Origin: Candidatus Methanomethylicia archaeon
GTDB lineage: Archaea; Thermoproteota; Methanomethylicia; Culexarchaeales; Culexarchaeaceae
Direction of reading: 5' to 3'
DNA: 64,000 bases
Assembly: GCA_038727515.1 (NCBI GenBank)
Contig: JAVYVS010000004.1
Span: 1-64,000 of the forward strand
Within the stretch, counting starts at the first letter, position 1, and each line of letters starts with the position of its first letter. The notes beneath the pieces are model-generated. The model made no database searches, was not told the origin of the DNA, and worked only from the letters and a program-made list of their open reading frames with translations. The position numbers and the translations under genes were made by a program. Of this stretch, positions 1 to 10,401 are shown piece after piece.

Positions 1-2
1 AT

Positions 3-644
3 GCCACTAGTATAACTCAATATCAAACAGTACTCTTCATTGCATATGCCTTTGACCAGTATGGTGTTGGCATGTCTGGCGTTAGCTTAGACCTATATGT
101 GGATGCAGTTAGAGTTTCATCCACAATCACAGATCCCAATGGTAGAGTTTCATTTACATATACCTTCAACAATCCTGGAACCTTTAGTGTTTATGTTGCT
201 CATGAAGCTATAAGATCACCAACAATTACAATAACCGTAGCTGCATATATTCCTCCACCAAGAGTAACTACAGTTTCAATTACAGTTGATAGAACGAAAA
301 TAAACGTTGGTGAATATGTAACTATAACTGCTATTGTTAGAGATCAATACAATAATCCAATGGCTAATAAGAAGGTTGAATTATATGTTGATGGAACTAA
401 ACAGCTTGAAAGGTATACTGATAGTGAAGGTAAAGCTATATTCAGTTACCCACTTAGCACTGCTGGAAGCTTCAAGTTTAAAGTTGGATGTGAAGGTGTA
501 TACTCCACTGAAGTAACAGTAACCGTAGAAGCTCTACCACCTCCACCAGTTCCACCATGGTCCTACTCCATAATAATACCAATAGCCATATTACTGATTA
601 TACTATTCCTACTATTGATACTTGGAAGAAGATGGAGATTTTAA
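3..644 (+). CDS. Ig-like (Big_1-type) repeat surface protein, 3' part; begins before the window
   Basis: Frame is open from base 3 (ATSITQYQTVLFIAYAFDQYGVGMSG...). Two similar beta-rich repeats (DQYGVGMSGVSLDLYVD / DQYNNPMANKKVELYVD), Pro-rich linkers, a C-terminal TM helix and a basic tail RRWRF. Confidence 0.75.
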   Translation, partial: ATSITQYQTVLFIAYAFDQYGVGMSGVSLDLYVDAVRVSSTITDPNGRVSFTYTFNNPGTFSVYVAHEAIRSPTITITVAAYIPPPRVTTVSITVDRTKINVGEYVTITAIVRDQYNNPMANKKVELYVDGTKQLERYTDSEGKAIFSYPLSTAGSFKFKVGCEGVYSTEVTVTVEALPPPPVPPWSYSIIIPIAILLIILFLLLILGRRWRF

Positions 645-699
645 AAATCTTTATACAATTTTCTATTTAATTTTTCATACATCTAAATGGTGAATTTAA

Positions 700-2415
700 G
701 TGATTAGTGGAAGATTAAACCTAAGTAATGTAATTGCCTTCATATACTCTGTAAATCTATTTCTAACAATACTGTTGGTATTTAAAGTTTTGAAATTTAA
801 TTGTTGGGTTACAATTCATAGAATTACAAGTTTAAAGATCTTTGAAATTCCTCCAATAATAAGCTTAATAATCCTGTTGCTATCTTCAATAATATTAGTC
901 AACATAGTTTTTAGAGGGTTTTATAAAACTTTAATCTTAATACCAATTCCTCTAATACTATATTTCACCTTTGGTTTGGAATATTCAGTAGTGGTATTCT
1001 CATTTTCACTTCTACCCACAATATTGCTCTACCTAGGGGTTTACTCTTCCTTACTCTACTCCTTTTTAATTGTATTATGTATTTTTGAGGGGTTAAGCTT
1101 ATTTTACTGGATTTTACTCCATCCACTTGTTCTCAAACCCACATTTATTTGGGATGTTGCATATTTAGAATTGCTAACCTCATCTCTTACCTTATCCATA
1201 TCACCTTTGATCCTCATATTTACACTATATTACTGGATCTTTAAACCATGGATCAATTTAACGCCATTTAAATTCAGATTAACTTCTGAACTTCATTTAA
1301 ATCATGGTTGTAGTTGGAAGTCCTTAGTCTTCTTTACATCTTCAATAATTATTTCTTTGGTTGCATCATTATACCCATATATTCCCTCCATAAATCCATA
1401 CTTCTTCCCCGTGGGTGTAGATTTTAAGTGGTATAGTGATGGTTTAACTAAATTTGAAATTAATCCCATGAGTATATTCGATTTCCTCGGTGGTTCTAGA
1501 CCTATGCTGATAATCTTCCTCTATGTCTTCAAAAGTTTATTTGGTTTTGGTGTTAAAGAGGCAGTTACCCTCTTTCCAATAATTCTCAATCCCCTCTTCA
1601 CTCTATCCATATTCCTATTTGTCTGGGTTTCTTTTGACAATATATACTTAGCATCGATTTCAGCGTTTTTTGCATCTATGAGTTTTAAAATTACTGTAAA
1701 CATGTATTCATATTTTCTAGCAAACATGACTGCATTAATACTAATAATGTATAGTTTAGTTTTCATGTTGGTATACTATAAGTTGAAGTCTAAGTACGCC
1801 TTGATTCCGGCTTTAATCATGTACAATCTTGCTCTATTAACTCATCCATGGACTTACATGCAATTTTCAATGTCCATAGCTCTTATGCTATTCCTACAAT
1901 TTATTAAATTAAAAGATTTCAAGAAGTTTATCAACGAATATTTAGCTTTTATTTTAATGTTTACAACATCCATTCCAATAGTAATAATCTTCATACCATT
2001 TGGTGTAAATCAATTTCAGATATTCTTAAACACGATTAAAGCTATGAATTTAAGTAGTCTATTTAATTTTTGGTTTAATTCTTTGTTTGCAAGTTTACTG
2101 CTTTATGGTGGTTTTCAAATGAACATATTCACACTATTAACTGCTTTCTTGGCATTACTATATCCATCAACTGGATTCGGAGAAGAATTGTTAAGGTTTA
2201 TGGTGATTGCATCATCAATACCCTACCCATTTGTTGACGGTATGCTTCAAAGTAGAATTCTATTTAACCTTCCAATGGAGATCTTATCTTCTCTATTCAT
2301 TTATAGGGTTTCATCCTCTGAACTCATAAGTTTTAAGATGCGTTCATCAATATTCCTATTAGCCATTGTTAGTCAACTCAACTATCTATTTAGATGTTTA
2401 GCAAACATCATATAA
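700..2415 (+). CDS. Polytopic membrane protein, putative GT-C-fold glycosyltransferase
   Basis: 571 aa with many hydrophobic segments; PVGVDFKWY loop after a TM helix and an LTHPWT motif resemble GT-C loops. Confidence 0.5.
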   Translation: MISGRLNLSNVIAFIYSVNLFLTILLVFKVLKFNCWVTIHRITSLKIFEIPPIISLIILLLSSIILVNIVFRGFYKTLILIPIPLILYFTFGLEYSVVVFSFSLLPTILLYLGVYSSLLYSFLIVLCIFEGLSLFYWILLHPLVLKPTFIWDVAYLELLTSSLTLSISPLILIFTLYYWIFKPWINLTPFKFRLTSELHLNHGCSWKSLVFFTSSIIISLVASLYPYIPSINPYFFPVGVDFKWYSDGLTKFEINPMSIFDFLGGSRPMLIIFLYVFKSLFGFGVKEAVTLFPIILNPLFTLSIFLFVWVSFDNIYLASISAFFASMSFKITVNMYSYFLANMTALILIMYSLVFMLVYYKLKSKYALIPALIMYNLALLTHPWTYMQFSMSIALMLFLQFIKLKDFKKFINEYLAFILMFTTSIPIVIIFIPFGVNQFQIFLNTIKAMNLSSLFNFWFNSLFASLLLYGGFQMNIFTLLTAFLALLYPSTGFGEELLRFMVIASSIPYPFVDGMLQSRILFNLPMEILSSLFIYRVSSSELISFKMRSSIFLLAIVSQLNYLFRCLANII

Positions 2416-2498
2416 GATTTAATAGTAAATCTTTTAAACACTTTTGACGATATATATTTAACTATTTTTAACTTAAAAGTGGTTTATTTGGTGTTAAT

Positions 2499-4325
2499 AT
2501 GTGTGGGATAATTGGGTTTATTGGGATGGGTGATATTGCAAATAAAATTGTTTTAGAAGGTTTGAAGAGACTTGAATATAGGGGTTATGATTCTGTTGGT
2601 ATAGCAATGATATGTAGTGATAATCGTTTAGTGGTGAAGAAGGATGCTGGGAAGATTGATGAAGTACATTTAAAACTGAATTTCCTAGAGCCTAAATCAA
2701 ACCTCATAATTGGACATGTACGATGGGCTACTCATGGTGCGCCAACCATGGAGAATGCTCATCCACACGTGGATTGTAGTGGTGGTATAGCTGTTGTTCA
2801 TAATGGTGTTATTGAGAATTTCCTCGAGTTGAAGAGGGAGCTTGAAGATAAAGGTCATAGATTTAGGTCTAGAACTGATACTGAAGTTATTCCACATTTA
2901 ATTGAGGATGAGATTAAAGCTGGTAGAAGTCTATATGAAGCTGTTCTTCACACTGTTAGGAAGCTTAAAGGATCTTATGCTATTGCAGTTATCTCAACAT
3001 TTGAACCTGATAAAATTATTTGTGCTAGAAATGAGAGTCCATTAATCATTGGTTTTAGTGATAATGCATTTTACTGTGCATCTGATATACCTGCAATACT
3101 CCCATATACAAGGGTTTTTTCATCTATGGATAATGGTGAAATAGCAATATTAACGGTTAATGGCGTGGAATTTAAGAGTATTTCCAATGGTGAATCAATT
3201 TCTAAAAAGACTTTTAGTGTGGATTGGAGTATTGAGTTGGCTGAGAAGCAGGGTTATCCACATTTCATGTTGAAGGAGATTCATGAGCAACCTTTAAGTC
3301 TTAGGAATGCCCTTAGACTTCAAGAACAATATCTAGATTTACTGGCTAGATTTATTGATCGTGGTGAAAGGGTATTTCTAGTAGCTTGTGGAACATCATA
3401 TCATGCTTGTCTTGCAGCTTCATATATGTTTTCAAAGATAGCTAAAGTTGCAGCTTTTCCAGTTATAGCATCAGAATTCCTTGAGCAGTATGGTGAAGCC
3501 ATTGGAATTGATGATGTAATGCTTGCTGTAAGTCAATCTGGGGAAACATATGATGTTTTGAAGGCTGTAGATCATGCACGTATGAAGGCTGCAACAATAC
3601 TTGGATTAACAAATACCGTAGGTTCAACTTTAACCAGAGTTTCAAGAGCGTATATAGTTCAACAATCAGGTCCAGAAATTGGGGTTGCAGCCACTAAAAC
3701 CTTTACAGCGCAATTGCTTGTTTTAGCTCAATTGGCAATGAAAGTAGCAAATTTAAGGGGTAAACTTTCACAACAAGAATCAGACTTCTTAAGGGATAAT
3801 TTAAGGAAGATGCCAGATGTTATCAGTGAAGTTTTAAATTCATGTGAAGAGAAAATTAAAAAACTAGCTAAAATCTACGCTAAAAAGAACTTATTCCTAT
3901 TTCTAGGTAGAGGTATAAATGTTGCAACTGCATTGGAAGGTAGATTAAAACTATTAGAAATAACATACATACCATCATTAGCCTTTAGTGCAGCTGAATC
4001 AAAACATGGTCCTATAAGTATAATTGAAAGTGGTATTCCAGTAATATTCATAGCACCAAGAGATTCAACTAGAAAGGATATTATTGGTAATATTATGGAA
4101 ATGAAAGCTAGAGGTGCTGAAACTATAATCCTATGTGAAGAGGGAGATAAAGAATTAATTGAATTGGCAAATCATCATATACCAATGCCAAAGGGTATAC
4201 CTGAAATCTTAACACCCATCCCATACATAATACCACTACAATTATTGGCTTACTATATATCTGTGGAAAGAGGTTTAGATCCAGATAAACCTAGGAATCT
4301 AGCTAAAAGTGTAACTGTTCCATAA
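2499..4325 (+). CDS. glmS: Glutamine--fructose-6-phosphate aminotransferase (isomerizing)
   Basis: MCGIIG N-terminus, RLEYRGYDS, GHVRWATHG, HNGVIEN, SQSGET, VAATKTF, KHGP, PRNLAKSVTV. Confidence 0.97.
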   Translation: MCGIIGFIGMGDIANKIVLEGLKRLEYRGYDSVGIAMICSDNRLVVKKDAGKIDEVHLKLNFLEPKSNLIIGHVRWATHGAPTMENAHPHVDCSGGIAVVHNGVIENFLELKRELEDKGHRFRSRTDTEVIPHLIEDEIKAGRSLYEAVLHTVRKLKGSYAIAVISTFEPDKIICARNESPLIIGFSDNAFYCASDIPAILPYTRVFSSMDNGEIAILTVNGVEFKSISNGESISKKTFSVDWSIELAEKQGYPHFMLKEIHEQPLSLRNALRLQEQYLDLLARFIDRGERVFLVACGTSYHACLAASYMFSKIAKVAAFPVIASEFLEQYGEAIGIDDVMLAVSQSGETYDVLKAVDHARMKAATILGLTNTVGSTLTRVSRAYIVQQSGPEIGVAATKTFTAQLLVLAQLAMKVANLRGKLSQQESDFLRDNLRKMPDVISEVLNSCEEKIKKLAKIYAKKNLFLFLGRGINVATALEGRLKLLEITYIPSLAFSAAESKHGPISIIESGIPVIFIAPRDSTRKDIIGNIMEMKARGAETIILCEEGDKELIELANHHIPMPKGIPEILTPIPYIIPLQLLAYYISVERGLDPDKPRNLAKSVTVP

Positions 4326-4335
4326 TCGCTTCCCT

Positions 4336-4528
4336 TCATAGGTTTAGTAAAACTTCGAATCTTAATAGAACTCTACTTATGGCTTCAGCCGGATTATTTA
4401 TAATCTTCACCTTCTCTCATCTTCAAACTCGATAACTATAAATGTCTTTGCGCATCCAAATTTTACTACAACTACATCGTTAAGCCATTATTACCCATCC
4501 CTGCAATAGCAATCCTCTTATAATTCAA
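4336..4528 (-). pseudogene. Degraded NifB/NifX-family (FeMo-cofactor-binding-like) gene
   Basis: Manual translation across two frameshifts gives KRIAIAGMGNNGL / DVVVVKFGCAKTFIVIEFEDE / KVKIINNPAEA, matching the NifX-like N-terminus. It is the usual neighbour of DUF134/DUF5320. Confidence 0.65.
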
Positions 4529-4534
4529 TAATCA

Positions 4535-4756
4535 TCACTTCCTCTCTCCAATAAGCTTCTTAATCTCCTCAATCCTCCTCTTAATATCTTCAAGCTCCTT
4601 CTCCATTAACTCTCTCTCCTCCTCAAGCATCCTCAATTCTTCACTTGGATCTATTGGGTGGAAGTAGTATGGAATTCTAGCCCATGCTGGAGGCCATGGA
4701 TGCATTGGACACCACCATCCTCTTGGCCAATATCTATGCCAGTATCTCCACCTCAT
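4535..4756 (-). CDS. DUF5320-like small protein
   Basis: Aromatic/Pro-rich N-terminus with one Cys, then a coiled coil (EELRMLEEERELMEKELEDIKRRIEE); GGAGGTGA RBS upstream. Confidence 0.7.
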   Translation of the reverse strand: MRWRYWHRYWPRGWWCPMHPWPPAWARIPYYFHPIDPSEELRMLEEERELMEKELEDIKRRIEEIKKLIGERK

Positions 4757-4768
4757 TTCATCACCTCC

Positions 4769-4836
4769 ATTATGTGATATATCACATAATAATTCGCATG
4801 GAAAAGTATATAAATTTTGTGATATATCCTAAAATT
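4769..4836. promoter_or_regulatory. Divergent promoter with two palindromic operator-like sites flanking a BRE/TATA element
   Basis: Perfect 22-bp palindrome ATTATGTGATATATCACATAAT (4769-4790), near-copy AATTTTGTGATATATCCTAAAATT (4813-4836), and GAAAAGTATATAA between them. Confidence 0.7.
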
Positions 4837-5148
4837 ATGCATGGATGGCATTGGCGTAAACGTTATGGATATAGGAATGTTGGTAGACCACCACTCCCAT
4901 TAAAAATCTCACTAACACATGTAGTGGATAAACTAGACCCTACACCAAAAATTTCCAATGAACCAATATACCTAGACCTAGCGGAAATAGAAGCCCTAAA
5001 ACTCATAGACCTAGAAAACCTATCCTTCGAAGAAGCTGGATCAAGAATGAATACATCCAGAAATACTGTCTGGAGGCTTGTAAAGAGTGCTAGAGAAAAA
5101 CTTGTTAGAGCACTAATTGAAGGTAGAGAAATAATAATACAAAAATAA
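4837..5148 (+). CDS. DUF134 (UPF0251) family predicted DNA-binding protein
   Basis: GRPP...EIEALKLIDLENLSFEEAGSRMNTSRNTVWRLVKSAREKLVRALIEG. The start at 4837 is preferred over 4684, which overlaps the divergent gene. Confidence 0.85.
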   Translation: MHGWHWRKRYGYRNVGRPPLPLKISLTHVVDKLDPTPKISNEPIYLDLAEIEALKLIDLENLSFEEAGSRMNTSRNTVWRLVKSAREKLVRALIEGREIIIQK

Positions 5149-5152
5149 ATAT

Positions 5153-5520
5153 CTAAAACGGTATTGAGAGTAGAGAAATAGCCCTATAATACTTTTAAAC
5201 ACCATCTCTTCATATTCATTAAAATGCTTAGCCAAATCCCTCGTTGTGAAAATATCATAGATAATTCCATCTTTAATCATTCTTAATCATAATTTCAACA
5301 GCTTCCTCCATGAAAGCATCAGGATCAATAGTTACCATTGAAGAAGACATTACTTCAGAAACCTTAATATCCATTGAATTCATACCCTTAATCATAACCT
5401 TTGAAACGAGATCACCTCAGTAACAATACCTATACTCATAATTCTCAAAGCTTCAAATGCAGAAGCATTAACATCAATGTAGAGATCAAGTCTCATATAA
5501 TTCTTAACCTTATAAGACAT
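5153..5520 (-). pseudogene. CBS-domain protein pseudogene
   Basis: MSYKVKNYMR...IGIVTE/DLVSKVM...KVSEVMSSSMVTIDPDA...EAVEIM.../IFTTRDL, with frameshifts and apparent deletions. Confidence 0.75.
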
Positions 5521-5621
5521 GTAAACCGCTTAGAAGACTTCAAAATATAACATTTAAAATTTCTCTATAAATGAATGCAATAAACAAAACTGTTTAAATT
5601 TCACCACTATAATTATTATTG

Positions 5622-6356
5622 ATGGAAATGGAAGTTTATGTTGGTTGCTGCGGTATACCTGGAGGACTTGAAAAGTATTCAAGGGAATTCAGAGTTGTGG
5701 AATTGAACAATACCTTCTACAAACTTCCAAAGCTGGAGACTGTTGATAAATGGGTTAAAAAAGTTCCAGAAAACTTCATATTCTGCGTTAAAGCATTTCA
5801 AGGAATAACTCATCCTATAACATCACCAACATGGAAGAAGAGTGGAATAAAAGATTTAGATAGATTAAAGGATAAAGTTGGCTTTCTAAAACCAACAAAT
5901 GAAGTATTTGAATTCTGGAGGCAAACATTAGAAGTTTGCAAAGCACTTAAAGCTAGAGTATGCTTAATACAACTACCTGAAAGTTTTAGGGAAAATGAAG
6001 AAAATTTAAGAAACATAGATTTATTCTTCTCAAACATAGAGAGGGGAGTCTCAATAGCATTGGAATTGAGAGGTTGGAGTAAAGGGAAATTTAAGGAGGT
6101 ATGTGAAAAACACGATTTAATTTCTTGTGTAGATCCATTAAAAGATGAACCCTTACACTTCTCTAAAAATAATATAGCGTATTTTAGGCTACATGGACTT
6201 GGAAAGAAAATGTACAATTATAAATTTACAGATGAAGATCTTCAAAAACTGAAGAACATCATAAAAGGGTTAAAAGTATCTGAATGCTACGTATTATTCA
6301 ACAATATATACATGTATGATGATGCAAAAAGATTCATGCAATTAATGGAAAACTAA
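5622..6356 (+). CDS. DUF72 family protein
   Basis: VYVGCCG, VELNNTFY, VKAFQGITH, LIQLP, ELRG, YFRLHG, YVLFNN. Confidence 0.92.
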   Translation: MEMEVYVGCCGIPGGLEKYSREFRVVELNNTFYKLPKLETVDKWVKKVPENFIFCVKAFQGITHPITSPTWKKSGIKDLDRLKDKVGFLKPTNEVFEFWRQTLEVCKALKARVCLIQLPESFRENEENLRNIDLFFSNIERGVSIALELRGWSKGKFKEVCEKHDLISCVDPLKDEPLHFSKNNIAYFRLHGLGKKMYNYKFTDEDLQKLKNIIKGLKVSECYVLFNNIYMYDDAKRFMQLMEN

Positions 6357-6584
6357 AATTACAAAGGAGGAGAACAATGAATTTAAAACATTAAACTCCT
6401 ATAACACTATTAAATAAGTTTACGAGGTTATCAGCACTCTTCCGATCAATTAAAATACATTCACACCAAAACCTTGACACATCATTATATTCCTCTTAGA
6501 ATCATCTACTAGTACTATCTCCCTACCCTCCACAAATTCTAACACTTACATTATGGAATGGAAAAATGTTGAAAAATTTTGAAT

Positions 6585-7601
6585 TTATCTTTCATGTGTA
6601 AATACGTATCCTATGTTTGCTCCGCTTTGAACCACTTGTAATCCTCCACTGGTTCCAAGAGATTGACCGCATGGATAAGCCCATATATATCCATCTACAG
6701 GCATTCTAACTTCCTCAACTATATCACCATATAGATCGTAGATTTGTGATACCACTTCACCCTTCCTAATAAATTCTCCAGGTTTCTTGAGAAATCTTAT
6801 GATTCCACCTCTATTAGCTCTTAAAATACCATAAAATCTGTTTACACCAGGTATTATTATAATGTCTTTTTGAGGTTCAATTACACCATCAATCATCCCA
6901 AACTCTCTCATAACATTCAATACACCTCTAACACCAACACTAGTTGAAGGCTCGGAGATCCACCTACCATCTATGAGTTCAAATAATACCACTGGAATAT
7001 TATGTTTATAAGCTAAGTTTTCCAATGTTGGTGGAGCACCTTCAGGAGGAGGTCCCTCAGAAACTATAGTTGTTACGCCAATGGCTTTAGCCATCCTCCA
7101 AACAATATCCCTAGTATTTGGATTGGAAACATTAATCCACTGATAAATCAATGAATCAGGCCTAGTGTTACAATGAATATTAATTATTAAATTGCTTTTA
7201 CACCAAGCTTCACTCCACAATGCATATGCAAGTCTCTCAGTAGTATTACCATAGGGTCTATCAGCCCTAACATTACCAACATCCAAATCATCAACCCAAG
7301 ATAAATACTTATGATGCATAAAAGCTAGAGGATTACCCACTGGAATACCAATAATAGCCCCACGAAGATTCTCAGGCTTAACAATCTCCCTCATAACCCT
7401 ACGAATAACCTCAATACCTTGAATCTCAATACCATGCTGAGTAGACATCAACAAAAGTATAGGGCCATCCTCAACACCATTCAAAACCATAACTGGAATA
7501 TCAATGCAAACACCATTAGCAAGTTCAATACCCCTAATAACACCTTTACCAAACTCGCCTCTGCCAACTCTAACATTACCCACACAAATTTCCTCAGGCA
7601 T
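6585..7601 (-). CDS. Succinylglutamate desuccinylase/aspartoacylase (M14) family hydrolase
   Basis: QHGIE zinc motif, GNPLAF, INIH, ELIDG and a C-terminal biotinyl-like barrel. Likely start MPEEI at 7601. Confidence 0.85.
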   Translation of the reverse strand: MPEEICVGNVRVGRGEFGKGVIRGIELANGVCIDIPVMVLNGVEDGPILLLMSTQHGIEIQGIEVIRRVMREIVKPENLRGAIIGIPVGNPLAFMHHKYLSWVDDLDVGNVRADRPYGNTTERLAYALWSEAWCKSNLIINIHCNTRPDSLIYQWINVSNPNTRDIVWRMAKAIGVTTIVSEGPPPEGAPPTLENLAYKHNIPVVLFELIDGRWISEPSTSVGVRGVLNVMREFGMIDGVIEPQKDIIIIPGVNRFYGILRANRGGIIRFLKKPGEFIRKGEVVSQIYDLYGDIVEEVRMPVDGYIWAYPCGQSLGTSGGLQVVQSGANIGYVFTHER

Positions 7602-7709
7602 AAAATAAATTATGGAAAACCAAAAATATAAATATAGACAAAACCATTCAAAAGATTCTAAATCCTTAATACTAAACATGCAAAAATGCTGATATCTACT
7701 CTAGCAATC

Positions 7710-8267
7710 TTATTCGATTATAGCTCCATAAATTAAGTCCATCCCCAATTGTTTAGCTCTTTCCACAGCTTCTTTATCCATGTTTACCGCTATGAATATT
7801 AATTTCTCAGGCTCCCTTCCAATAATCTTCTTCACAATATCAGATTTCTCTTTAAACCATTCCACATCTTCAATTTCACCATGAGATTTTATCTCCATGA
7901 AGTAAACCTTCTCATCATGCACATATAAATCCAACTCCAATTTAGCCCCCCTCCTATAATATCTACCATCAACATCCACATACACGAACTTCTCAATCTT
8001 TTCAGGTTTAATACCCCTCTCCTCAAGGTCATATCTATATATATCTAGAACAGTTTTCTCCAAATCTAAACTCCATTTCCTCCGCATAGATTCAATGACC
8101 ACCTTCAATGATAAAACTTCTCTCCACAATCTATCTTGACCTTCCCTTAGATTTTTGACTTCTTTTAACAGCTTGTTCTGAGTCTCCCCCAATTTTCTCC
8201 GGTCTTCTTCAAGTCCATCTAATTGCAAAGACTTCCACCACAAATACATAATGAGTAAATCTCTCAA
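7710..8267 (-). CDS. Coiled-coil + PD-(D/E)XK-like (DUF3782-type) protein
   Basis: QNKLL/QDRLW heptads, then ELDLYV...MEIKS and AVERAKQLGM. The N-terminus may be eroded. Confidence 0.7.
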   Translation of the reverse strand: MRDLLIMYLWWKSLQLDGLEEDRRKLGETQNKLLKEVKNLREGQDRLWREVLSLKVVIESMRRKWSLDLEKTVLDIYRYDLEERGIKPEKIEKFVYVDVDGRYYRRGAKLELDLYVHDEKVYFMEIKSHGEIEDVEWFKEKSDIVKKIIGREPEKLIFIAVNMDKEAVERAKQLGMDLIYGAIIE

Positions 8268-8530
8268 ATTAATTTTCCAGATATAGTTAAGCTATATAAC
8301 ACTTACCTTTAATCATGCATTTCTACTTAAATGATCACCTTCCTCAACCTTCTTTATATTAAAATCAAAGTTACAGTTCAACTTTCTGAATAGTTTCAAA
8401 CATTTATTTTCTCTTAACCACATTCACATTTTTTACCTGCTAGGTTTTCCCTTAAATATTTACTATTGTAGTGCCTGAAAACCCAACAACATTTAACCAA
8501 GCTTTTCAGTATACAAGTATTACTTTTATC

Positions 8531-8575
8531 TTAGTGGGAATATTTAAATATGTGGGAATTATCATTTAGTGGGTA
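8531..8575 (+). promoter_or_regulatory. vapBC promoter with GTGGG repeats around the TATA box
   Basis: TTAGTGGGAA-TATTTAAATAT-GTGGGAA...TTAGTGGGT immediately upstream of the antitoxin start. Confidence 0.5.
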
Positions 8576-8581
8576 AAATTT

Positions 8582-8827
8582 ATGGAAATCGTAAAAGTGG
8601 ATGAAAAGGGTAGAATCATTATTCCTAAAACCATGAGAGAGAAGGTTGGAGTGAAGGAGGGAGGCTACGTTAAAATAAAGATAGAAGAGAAAGGTATTAT
8701 AATAGAGCCTCTTGAACCTATAGCCGATAAATACTATGGTGCTTTTAAGATAACGGAATGGCCGGAAGACCTAGACGAATTTGTAATTGAGGTTATGAGG
8801 AAATGGTGGACTCGGAAGTCTACATAG
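8582..8827 (+). CDS. vapB: AbrB/MazE/SpoVT-family antitoxin
   Basis: KVDEKGRIIIPKTMREKVGVKEG; overlaps the downstream PIN gene. Confidence 0.88.
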   Translation: MEIVKVDEKGRIIIPKTMREKVGVKEGGYVKIKIEEKGIIIEPLEPIADKYYGAFKITEWPEDLDEFVIEVMRKWWTRKST

Positions 8828-9228
8828 ATATAAACATCTTCATTTACTGGCTTGGCAACCACCCCACATTTGGCAAAACATCCTATGAATGGATAAAGAA
8901 AATTGAAAAAGCCCCGCGGGGAAAATATGTAACATCAGCTCTCACACTATACCAAACAATGATAATAATAGCCAGTTTAACAGGTAAAAACCTAAAAGAC
9001 CAAGAACTAATTGAAGAAGTAGTAAACTCAATAAAAAGCTTATCAGGCTTAAAAATAACACCTCTAACAATGGAAGATATAACTCAAGCAGTCAAACTAA
9101 TGAAAGAATACAACTTAGACTACGAAGACGCAATACACTTAGCCTCTGCATTAAGGAGTAAAGCAAAAGAAATAATATCCAACGACGAAGACTTCGACAA
9201 AACTCCACTAAAAAGAAAATTCAGCTAA
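8803..9228 (+). CDS. vapC: PIN-domain ribonuclease toxin
   Basis: YIDINIF, LDYEDAIHLA, IISNDEDFD. Confidence 0.9.
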   Translation: MVDSEVYIDINIFIYWLGNHPTFGKTSYEWIKKIEKAPRGKYVTSALTLYQTMIIIASLTGKNLKDQELIEEVVNSIKSLSGLKITPLTMEDITQAVKLMKEYNLDYEDAIHLASALRSKAKEIISNDEDFDKTPLKRKFS

Positions 9229-9329
9229 AAAGCGATGAAAAGTCTAACTTTTCTTGTTAAGCTAATAGGCTTATCTTCTGACTCCAACAATGTGGTTTCA
9301 CCAGCTTAAGTTTCCGTTTAATTGCTTAA

Positions 9330-9715
9330 ACCATATCCTTATTAAATAATTTTTGCAATATATTCCAAAAGTGTTTTTTAAGAACCTCTCCCTACCTTTA
9401 TCAACATCCCAGTTTATTTCCCAGATTCCTTCAACCTTGTAATTCTATAAAACTCAATTCCACCATCCATCATTCGATACACAGTCATCATCTAGGAAGA
9501 ACATTTACTCATCGTTGAAATTTAAGAGAAATATATCAATAGCTATCTGTCCAGCTCTGGTCTTTACATCACTTCTACTAACAACCAATCTTTATTATTT
9601 AAAGCAGCAAAATTCCTAATCTCATTAAGAGTCGATTAATTTCTACTATCATCGACGAGGATTATGGAAAACGAAAATATAAAACTAAAAACTGCTCCAA
9701 ACATCATAAGGATAT
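9330..9715 (-). pseudogene. GT2 glycosyltransferase pseudogene, paralog of 10402-11331
   Basis: IILVDDS..., TRAGQIAIDIFLLNFNDE*MFFLDDDCVSNDGWW..GIWEINWD aligns with TARQTAIDFFLENFKSEWLMFLDDDAVLNPGWW of the neighbouring gene; contains stops and a frameshift. Boundaries approximate. Confidence 0.75.
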
Positions 9716-9716
9716 T

Positions 9717-10196
9717 TCAATAACCTCTCTTCTTTACAAGTAAATCTTCATACAACTTAATGTATTTCTCTAAAACAACTTTCCAATTAAATTCACTTTG
9801 AACTTTATCATAAGCTTTTAATACGAATTCTGAGGGATAATTCTCAAAGCATCTGTGAATAGCCCCAGCCAATAACTTAGGATTTCCAGGTTCAATTAAT
9901 ATTGCACATGAATCATCAATAACATCGATGACTCCAGGAATTCTACTCGCAATTATAGGGACTTTTAATGCCATAGCCTCCAATAAAACTGTGGGCAACC
10001 CCTCAAACCTTGAAGGTAAAACAAGTAGATCACTACCCTTAACATACCTTAAACATTCATCCCTAGGCTTATAAACCAAAAAATGTAGATTAGAAAACAT
10101 TCTACAATACGAATAAACATATTTCTCCATATCCTTAGTTCCAGAGCCGATAATCAAAACATGAATATCCCTATCCAAATACTCAAGGGAACTCAA
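9717..10196 (-). pseudogene. GT4 glycosyltransferase, C-terminal domain only
   Basis: LVLPSRFEGLPTVLLEAMA motif present; the N-terminal Rossmann domain is missing. Confidence 0.7.
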
Positions 10197-10401
10197 TAAA
10201 ACATCCCAACAAAAATCACCATGCTGAGTAAAAACCTTAATAACACCACCATTAGACTTAACATTAAAACTAAATAAACAAAATTAGCATGCTTTTTCCA
10301 AATACAACATTTCCTTCTTCTACCAGTAAAATTCACTTGTAAATATTTTTATTTATTAATTTTATATATACATAATAATTTTGTACGAGGTGACTGTTAA
10401 A

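Noticed and set aside
4336-4528. Nitrogen-fixation signal from the NifX-like remnant
   Set aside because: The family is widespread in non-diazotrophs, the gene is broken, and there are no nif genes in the window.
4684-4836. N-terminal extension of the DUF134 ORF
   Set aside because: Overlaps the divergent gene and the promoter palindromes; ATG 4837 fits the family length better.
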